NCBI GenBank assembly: GCA_039026255.1
Contig: JBCCMR010000001.1
Span: 1 to 43,953 of the forward strand
DNA: 43,953 bases
Direction: 5' to 3'
From: Pseudomonadota bacterium
Lineage (GTDB): Bacteria > Pseudomonadota > Alphaproteobacteria > Rhodobacterales > Rhodobacteraceae
Below the pieces are notes generated by a model. The model did no database searches and was not told the DNA's origin. It saw only the letters and a program-made list of their open reading frames with translations. A program made the translations under genes and the position numbers. Below, piece after piece: positions 37,866 to 43,953 of the stretch. How positions within the stretch are numbered: position 1 is the first letter of the stretch; each line of letters begins with the position of its first letter.

Positions 37866-38340
37866 CGACCCATCGCCCACGCGCGCCGCGCCTGCTGCGC
37901 CTGCTGCGCCTCCAGCGCCTACGCCGCGGGTGATCGCCACGCACAGTTTTGAGGTGCGACCCTCGGACTGCGATCCGCTGGGGCATATGAACGTGGCGCG
38001 CTACTTCGACGGCTGCTCGGACGCGGGCTTTTACCTGCAGGGGCTCTGGACGCTGACGCCAGAAGACATCACCGCCGGGCGGCGCATCGCTTTTGTCGTG
38101 CTCAGCGCCGAAAGCCGCTTCCTGCGGGAGCTACGCGTGGGTGACCGGATCGACGTGCGGTCGCACCTGGCGCATATGGGCACCAAATCCCTGCGCGTGA
38201 TGCACCGGTTTTTCCACGAAGACGCGCATGTCTTTGAGACCCAGTTCACCCTTGTGCTGATGGACCTGACTGCGCGGGCGGCGATGGTCATACCGCCGGA
38301 CCTGCGCCAAGCCATCGAGGCCGCCCATGGCACCGCTTGA
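37858..38340 (+). CDS. acyl-CoA thioesterase (4HBT/hotdog fold)
   Basis: V.PSDCD.LGHMN.ARY, FLRELR.GD, GTKS. N-terminal Pro/Ala tandem repeat. Confidence 0.88.
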   Translation: MADDPSPTRAAPAAPAAPPAPTPRVIATHSFEVRPSDCDPLGHMNVARYFDGCSDAGFYLQGLWTLTPEDITAGRRIAFVVLSAESRFLRELRVGDRIDVRSHLAHMGTKSLRVMHRFFHEDAHVFETQFTLVLMDLTARAAMVIPPDLRQAIEAAHGTA

Positions 38341-39505
38341 GATCCCAAACCGCGCGGCGCGGCGGCTTTGGCTTTGGACGACGGGGCTTGCCCCCACGCC
38401 TACGGGGCCCCTCGACGTGGGCGCCATTATCGACCGCATCGGGTTTTTGCAGATCGACACGATCCGCAACGTCACCCGCGCCCACAACCATATCGTCTGG
38501 ACCCGCAATCAGAATTTCCGCGAAGGCCAGCTTTGGCCGCTGCTGAGCAGGCGTCAGCTTTTTGAGCATTTCACCCATGACGCGTCGCTCATTCCTATGG
38601 AGGTTTACCCCTACTGGCGCACCCAGTTTGCGCGCTTGGGCGCCAAGGTTGCCGCCAGCCCTTGGTACGCCAGCGGCCTAGGGCGCCGGGCGGTCGCTGA
38701 TATCAAGGGTCGTATTGCCCGCGAGGGGGCGCTGTCCACCCACGCTTTTGACACCCGCATCGAAGGCCCGCGCGAAATGTGGGCTCGCCCACCCCACAAA
38801 AAGGCGCTCGACGCTATGTGGTACGCAGGCGAGCTTTCGACCTGCTTTCGCGAGAACTTTGTCAAATACTACAACCTGACCGAACGGGTGGTGCCAGCGC
38901 CCCTGCGCGATGCCGATTTGCCCGACGACGCCTGCCAGGACTGGCTTAACCGCCGCGCGCTCGACCGGCTCTCCATGGCCACAACCGGTGATTTGCAGCG
39001 TTTCTGGGGTGCCATGAGCGCCACCGAAGCCCGCGCCTGGGCTGCCGAGGCCCGCGGCCTCGTGCCCCTGCGCGTCGAAGGCGCCGACGGCACCTGGCGC
39101 GACGCCTGGGGCCCGGAAGACATCGAAGCGCGGCTCGCCGCTTGCCCGGCGCCCACGACGCGGCTGCGCGTGCTCAACCCCTTTGATCCGGCCGTGCGGG
39201 ACCGGACCCGTCTGGCACGGCTTTTTGGCTTCGAATACGTTAACGAAATGTTTGTGCCCGCCGCCCAGCGCCGCTGGGGCTATTACGTCTACCCGGTTCT
39301 TGAAGCAGACCGCTTTGTGGGCCGCGTAGAGGTCAAAGCCGACCGCGGTGCGGGTTGGATGCGCCTGACCGGGTTCTGGCCGGAACCTGGCGTGCGGTGG
39401 TCGGCAGCCCGGGTCGGACGGCTCGCCGCCGAACTTTTGCGGTTTGCCCGCCTCGCCGGGATTGGCACAGTGGACATGGATATGCTGGACAGGAGAATGG
39501 AATGA
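38327..39505 (+). CDS. YcaQ/AlkZ-like winged-helix DNA crosslink repair glycosylase
   Basis: LQIDTI (QxD motif), RAH, LFEHFTHDAS, LNPFDP..RDR.R...LFGF.Y..E..VP...R.WGYY. Confidence 0.88.
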   Translation: MAPLEIPNRAARRLWLWTTGLAPTPTGPLDVGAIIDRIGFLQIDTIRNVTRAHNHIVWTRNQNFREGQLWPLLSRRQLFEHFTHDASLIPMEVYPYWRTQFARLGAKVAASPWYASGLGRRAVADIKGRIAREGALSTHAFDTRIEGPREMWARPPHKKALDAMWYAGELSTCFRENFVKYYNLTERVVPAPLRDADLPDDACQDWLNRRALDRLSMATTGDLQRFWGAMSATEARAWAAEARGLVPLRVEGADGTWRDAWGPEDIEARLAACPAPTTRLRVLNPFDPAVRDRTRLARLFGFEYVNEMFVPAAQRRWGYYVYPVLEADRFVGRVEVKADRGAGWMRLTGFWPEPGVRWSAARVGRLAAELLRFARLAGIGTVDMDMLDRRME

Positions 39506-40113
39506 TCCGGGTACACCATCTGAACCGGTCGCGGTCCCTGCGGGTGCTGTGGCTCCTCGAAGAGATTGGCGCGCCCTACGAGGTCGTGCGCCACGAGCGG
39601 GACCCGAAGACAAACCTGGGCCCTGACAGCTTGCGCGCGCTCCACGGCCTGGGCAAGTCGCCGCTGATCGAGATGGACGGGCGGGTGATTTCGGAAAGCG
39701 GGGCGATTGTCGAACATGTCTGCGCCCGCCTGGCGCCGGAAATGCTGCCAGACCCGGGCACGGACGCGGCAATCGCGCACCTGGAATGGATGCACTTTGC
39801 CGAAGGGTCGGCCATGACGCCAATTCTTTTGCGGCTCTACACCGGTAAGCTCGGCGAGGCGGGCGCGCCGCTCGCCCCCCGGATCGACGCGGAACTGGCC
39901 AATCACTTCGCCCATATGGAGCGAGGCCTGCGCGACAGCGGGCATTTTGTGCTGGACCGGCTTTCGGCGGCGGATGTGATGCTGTCCTTCCCGGCGCAGA
40001 TCGCCATGCGCTACGGCATGGCAGGTACCTACCCGCGTCTGGCGGCGTTCTGCGCCATGATCGAAGCACGCCCGGCCTGGGCGCGCGCCGTGGCCGCGGG
40101 CGGGGGCGACTAG
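39502..40113 (+). CDS. glutathione S-transferase
   Basis: HHLNRSRSLRVLWLLEE, H.LGKSP, ESGAI, HFAEGS, LSAADV. ATGA overlap with upstream gene, RBS AGGAG. Confidence 0.94.
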   Translation: MIRVHHLNRSRSLRVLWLLEEIGAPYEVVRHERDPKTNLGPDSLRALHGLGKSPLIEMDGRVISESGAIVEHVCARLAPEMLPDPGTDAAIAHLEWMHFAEGSAMTPILLRLYTGKLGEAGAPLAPRIDAELANHFAHMERGLRDSGHFVLDRLSAADVMLSFPAQIAMRYGMAGTYPRLAAFCAMIEARPAWARAVAAGGGD

Positions 40114-41045
40114 GCGCCCTGCTCCAGGCGGGCCAGCCGGTCCGTCAAAAGCGCAAAGAACGCGTCGGCGTCCAGGTCACGCACCCAGGTGGCATTGGGT
40201 GCGGCCTTGGTCACGCGCCAATAGTCCACCAGCGTGGCGCCGAGCGTCGGACCGTCGCGGGTGTCGATGGTGACGGCTACCCGGCGCCCCTGGAACATCT
40301 CAGGCGCCAAAAGATAGGCGATCACGCAAGGGTCATGGAGCGGCGCCCCCGCGCTGCCGTATTTTTCCTTGTCGAACCGTTCGAAGAAATCGGTGAGTTC
40401 GGCCACCGTGCGGCCCACCGGCCCGAGCGCCCGGAAGGCTTCTACCCGCGGGCGCGTGGTCAGCGCCCGGTGGGTGACATCGAGCGGCAGAAACGTCACC
40501 GGAACACCGCTGCGCACCACGATATCAGCGGCGACCGGGTCCACGTAGATGTTGAATTCCGCGCTCGGTGTGATGTTGCCCTGCTCAAAATACCCGCCGC
40601 CCATGAGCACGACCTCGTGGATGCGCGGGGCAATATCGGGCGCCCGGGTCAGTGCCATGGCAATGTTGGTGAGCGGGCCGAGCGGGCAGAGCGTGACCCC
40701 GTCGGTCTGGCGCAGGGTCTCGATCATCCAAGCGATGCCGTCGCGGGGGTCAAGGGACGTGACCGGATCCGGCAGGTCTGGCCCATCAAGCCCTGTGCGC
40801 CCGTGAACATGCTCGGCGGTGACTAGCGTGCGCCCCAGGGGCCCCGCCGCGCCAGCAAAAACCGGCACCGGGCGCCGGGCCAGGTCAACTACCTTGCGGG
40901 CGTTTAGTGTGGTCAGCGCCAACGGCACGTTGCCTGCCACACAGGTTAATCCCAGCACCTCGAGCTCCGGCGAGGCGAGCGCCAAAAGGATCGCCACGGC
41001 GTCGTCCTGGCCCGGGTCGGTGTCGATGATAATCGGGCGCGCCAT
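40110..41045 (-). CDS. inosine-uridine preferring nucleoside hydrolase
   Basis: IIDTDPGQDD, VAGNV, VHG..GLDG, GPLTN, LMGG, AEFNI.VDP, PLDVT, LHDP. Confidence 0.95.
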   Translation of the reverse strand: MARPIIIDTDPGQDDAVAILLALASPELEVLGLTCVAGNVPLALTTLNARKVVDLARRPVPVFAGAAGPLGRTLVTAEHVHGRTGLDGPDLPDPVTSLDPRDGIAWMIETLRQTDGVTLCPLGPLTNIAMALTRAPDIAPRIHEVVLMGGGYFEQGNITPSAEFNIYVDPVAADIVVRSGVPVTFLPLDVTHRALTTRPRVEAFRALGPVGRTVAELTDFFERFDKEKYGSAGAPLHDPCVIAYLLAPEMFQGRRVAVTIDTRDGPTLGATLVDYWRVTKAAPNATWVRDLDADAFFALLTDRLARLEQGA

Positions 41046-41048
41046 CCC

Positions 41049-42716
41049 CTATCCGTGGTGTTCGCGGCTGGTTTCGGCCATGGCCTGGGAATAGGCCCTC
41101 CAGGCGTCCACCTGCCAGAGCGACCCGATGATTTCCAGTTCGCCCTGGTCGCTCGGGCGGGTAACCGGGACGAAGGGATGCGTGGCGCCGTCAAAGACCG
41201 GTAGGGCCGCCTCAAGGCTGGCCGCCTGGCCGACATAGACCCCCTCGGAAAGAAGCGTCTCGCACCGCTCCGGGTCCCCAGCCCGCGGATGGTCGGGCGC
41301 GCGCATCAAATCGCTGACGGGAATGGTGGCCAAGAGGTAGGCTTGGGGCCCAGCAGCTAGGTGCACGTCGCGACGCTCCAACTGTTCAAGGAAAAAGCTG
41401 CGCGCGACAAATTTCGACGCCAGCGAGGTCGACACGGCGACCGCGACCATGACGGCAAACCCGGTCTGCCAGTCGCCCGTCATCTCAAAGACAATGAGCG
41501 AGGTGGATATGGGCGCCCCCAGCACCGCTGCGGCCACCGCGCCCATGCCCGCCAGGGCGTAAAGCGTCTGGGCACCCGAGACGGTGGGGAAGATCGATGT
41601 GGCCACCAGCCCAAAGGACAGCCCCGTCAGCGCACCAATCATCAACGCTGGCGAAAAGACGCCGCCCCCCATGCGCCCGGCCACGGTGATCGCCACCGCC
41701 GCCACTTTCACCGCCGCAAAAAGGATCGCCACCTGAAACGTCAACGACCCGGTCAATGCGTTCGAGGTCGTCTCATAGCCCACGCCGATGATGTGGGGAA
41801 AGACGATGGCGATGGCACCCAGCGCAGCACCCGCCAGCCCCGGGCGCAGCCAGGGCGGCACCCGCAGGCTTAGGCACACCGTATCCGCCAGCGTTTCGGT
41901 CCAAAAAATCGCGCGCATCATGACCACCGCCACGACCCCGCAGACCAGCCCCAAAAGCACAAACGCCGGCAGTTCCACGTAGAACTCCAGCGTTTGAGCA
42001 GCGAGCGTAAACTCGGTGATGTCGCCGAAGTTGAGCCGCGAAATTAGCGCCCCCGTCACCGCCGCCAGAACCACCGGGCCGAAGGCGTGCACCGCGTAAT
42101 GGCGCAGTACCACCTCCATCGCAAAAATTGTGCCTGCGATGGGGGCGTTAAAGCTCGCCGCGACCGCACTGGCCACAGCGCACCCCAAAAGGTCCCGAGA
42201 CGTCACCCCGTCGGCCCTCAAAACTCGGCTGATCTTCGATGATATGACGGCCGCCAGATGCACCACTGGCCCTTCGCGCCCGGTAGAGCCACCGGTAGAC
42301 AGCGTTATGAAACTGCCAAGGGCGGAGGCAAGCCCGGCCTTGCCCTCGACGCGGCCCTCGGTCAGGGCGGCGGCTTCGATCACATGGGCCACCCCGCGCG
42401 GGCGCCCGTCGTTGGTGAAACGATGCAGGATAAAGCCCACCGCTAGTCCGCCACAGATCGGGATCATAAGCACCCAAAACCACGGCAAGGTGGAGGCAAA
42501 GCTTGCCATCTGCTTATCTGTTTCGCCATAAAGAAAAAGCTGGAGTTCGGCGATACCAATGCGAAACAGCACCGTCGCAAAGCCGCCCGCTACGCCAATG
42601 GCGAGCCCCAGGCCCCAAAACTGCAGGGTGCCTGGCCCGTCCCGGCGAAAGGCCGACAGCACCTCGCGGCTCCATATTCTCTGTTTCCGAAACGGGTAGT
42701 TCGACACCCGCCGCAC
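41049..42716 (-). CDS. ClC family chloride channel/transporter with degenerate CBS tail
   Basis: GGSTGREGP, FNAP.AG..FA.E, G.GY, GGVFSP.L..GA, GM.A....AP....IVFEMTG. Start uncertain. Confidence 0.93.
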   Translation of the reverse strand: MRRVSNYPFRKQRIWSREVLSAFRRDGPGTLQFWGLGLAIGVAGGFATVLFRIGIAELQLFLYGETDKQMASFASTLPWFWVLMIPICGGLAVGFILHRFTNDGRPRGVAHVIEAAALTEGRVEGKAGLASALGSFITLSTGGSTGREGPVVHLAAVISSKISRVLRADGVTSRDLLGCAVASAVAASFNAPIAGTIFAMEVVLRHYAVHAFGPVVLAAVTGALISRLNFGDITEFTLAAQTLEFYVELPAFVLLGLVCGVVAVVMMRAIFWTETLADTVCLSLRVPPWLRPGLAGAALGAIAIVFPHIIGVGYETTSNALTGSLTFQVAILFAAVKVAAVAITVAGRMGGGVFSPALMIGALTGLSFGLVATSIFPTVSGAQTLYALAGMGAVAAAVLGAPISTSLIVFEMTGDWQTGFAVMVAVAVSTSLASKFVARSFFLEQLERRDVHLAAGPQAYLLATIPVSDLMRAPDHPRAGDPERCETLLSEGVYVGQAASLEAALPVFDGATHPFVPVTRPSDQGELEIIGSLWQVDAWRAYSQAMAETSREHHG

Positions 42717-42780
42717 CCCTTTTGACGTTTTCCCCGCAGGTCACCTGCGCTAGGCTCCCCGCAGTACAGGGAGAACGATC

Positions 42781-43953
42781 ATGGGCGACACTGCCGCAGC
42801 CATCCAGGAATTGAAAGCCATTTTGTCAGAAAGGCTTAGCACCTCGCCTTCTGTGATAGACCTGCACGCCCGCGACGAAGCACACCACCCCTACACACCC
42901 CCCGACGCGGTGGCCTTTCCGGAAACCACCCAGGAGGTATCGGAGATCGTGAAGGTCTGTGCGCGCCACCGGGTGCCCGTAGTGCCCTGGGGGGTCGGCA
43001 CCTCGCTCGAAGGGCATGCCCTTGCGGTGCGCGGCGGCATCACCGTAGACACAAGCCGCATGAAATCCATGGTCGAGGTGGCACCCGAAGACCTCTACTG
43101 CGTGGTTCAGCCCGGCATCACCCGCGAAGAGGTGAATACCGAACTCCGCGCCACGGGGCTTTTCTTTCCCATCGACCCAGGCGCCAACGCCACCATCGGC
43201 GGCATGACCGCCACCCGCGCCAGCGGCACCATGGCGGTGCGCTATGGCACCATGAAGGACAATGTGCTCGCGCTAGAGGTGGTGCTGGCCGACGGGCGCG
43301 TGATCCGCACCGGAAGCCGGGCCAAAAAGTCCAGCAGCGGCTACGACCTGACGAGGCTTTTTGTGGGCTCAGAGGGCACGCTGGGCATTATCACAGAACT
43401 GACACTCAAGCTCTATGGCACGCCCGAGGCCATGGCTGCCGCGGTTTGCGAATTCGACAGCACCGGCGGGGCAGTGGATGCGGTCATTGAGGCAGTGCAG
43501 ATGGGCCTGCCGGCGGCGCGCATGGAGTACGTGGACGCCGCAAGCATCCGCGCCATCAACGCCTATTCGCAGATGACCATGGCCGAAAAACCCCACCTCT
43601 TTATGGAATTCCACGGCTCTGAGACGTCCGTGGCCGAAGACGCCGCGCGCATGGCCGAAATTGTTGCCGACCACGGCGGCGGCGGCTTCCAGTGGACCTC
43701 AAAACCCGAAGAACGCACGAAACTCTGGCACGCCCGCCACACCGCCTATTTTGCCATGAAAGCCACCAAACCCGGCGCCATCGGCATCTCCACGGACGTT
43801 TGCGTGCCGATCTCAAAGTTGGCGCAGGCCATTACCGACACCGTGGCCGATGTGGAGGCCCACGGCTGGCCCGCCCCGATCGTCGGCCACGTAGGCGACG
43901 GCAACTATCATTGCCTTTTCCTCTTTGATCCCGACAGCGACGACGACCTGAAA
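42781..43953 (+). CDS. FAD-linked oxidase, D-lactate dehydrogenase/GlcD-like (3' end outside window)
   Basis: Not in the ORF track because it has no stop in the window. ATG after GGGAG. PDAVAFP...EV, G.GTSLEGH, VQPG, FPIDPGA.ATIGGM..T.ASGT.AVRYG, GYDL..LF.GSEGTLG, TDVCVP, GHVGDGNYH. Confidence 0.93.
   Translation, partial: MGDTAAAIQELKAILSERLSTSPSVIDLHARDEAHHPYTPPDAVAFPETTQEVSEIVKVCARHRVPVVPWGVGTSLEGHALAVRGGITVDTSRMKSMVEVAPEDLYCVVQPGITREEVNTELRATGLFFPIDPGANATIGGMTATRASGTMAVRYGTMKDNVLALEVVLADGRVIRTGSRAKKSSSGYDLTRLFVGSEGTLGIITELTLKLYGTPEAMAAAVCEFDSTGGAVDAVIEAVQMGLPAARMEYVDAASIRAINAYSQMTMAEKPHLFMEFHGSETSVAEDAARMAEIVADHGGGGFQWTSKPEERTKLWHARHTAYFAMKATKPGAIGISTDVCVPISKLAQAITDTVADVEAHGWPAPIVGHVGDGNYHCLFLFDPDSDDDLK

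Noticed and set aside
37888-37920. Tandem gcgcctgct repeats
   Set aside because: Short in-frame Ala/Pro linker in the thioesterase N-terminus; not CRISPR-like or phase-variable.
38678-40069. 463-aa minus-strand ORF
   Set aside because: Antisense shadow of the YcaQ-like and GST genes; Arg/Pro-rich with no motifs.

Overview
GC-rich alphaproteobacterial chromosome segment; gene content and order look like Rhodobacteraceae. It holds about 39 CDS, and I saw no rRNA, tRNA, CRISPR array or mobile element. Most genes are ordinary: AsmA, crotonase, hydantoinase A-like, two partial Dpp/Opp ABC clusters, birA-coaX-rnj, class III aminotransferase and ArgE, amidohydrolase and CobW, ALDH, YcaQ, GST, nucleoside hydrolase, ClC and an FAD oxidase. 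The standout is 9000-17420, the ancestral complex I (nuo) locus. It keeps its accessory ORFs and its birA-coaX-rnj flank, but nuoA-I are not in the window. NuoJ, K, L, M and N survive as intact, near full-length ORFs in which most conserved proton-pumping residues (Glu/Lys/His) are replaced by neutral residues, with NuoM least affected. Other observations: a four-copy ~27-nt intergenic motif, a Lys-rich 537-aa orphan with a degenerate peptidoglycan-binding-like N-terminus, a divergent secreted PG-binding protein/serine protease pair, a TetR divergon with two operator-like palindromes, a 15-codon bridging ORF and frequent CTAG/TAG use. All family calls come from motif recognition by eye; no database search was run.
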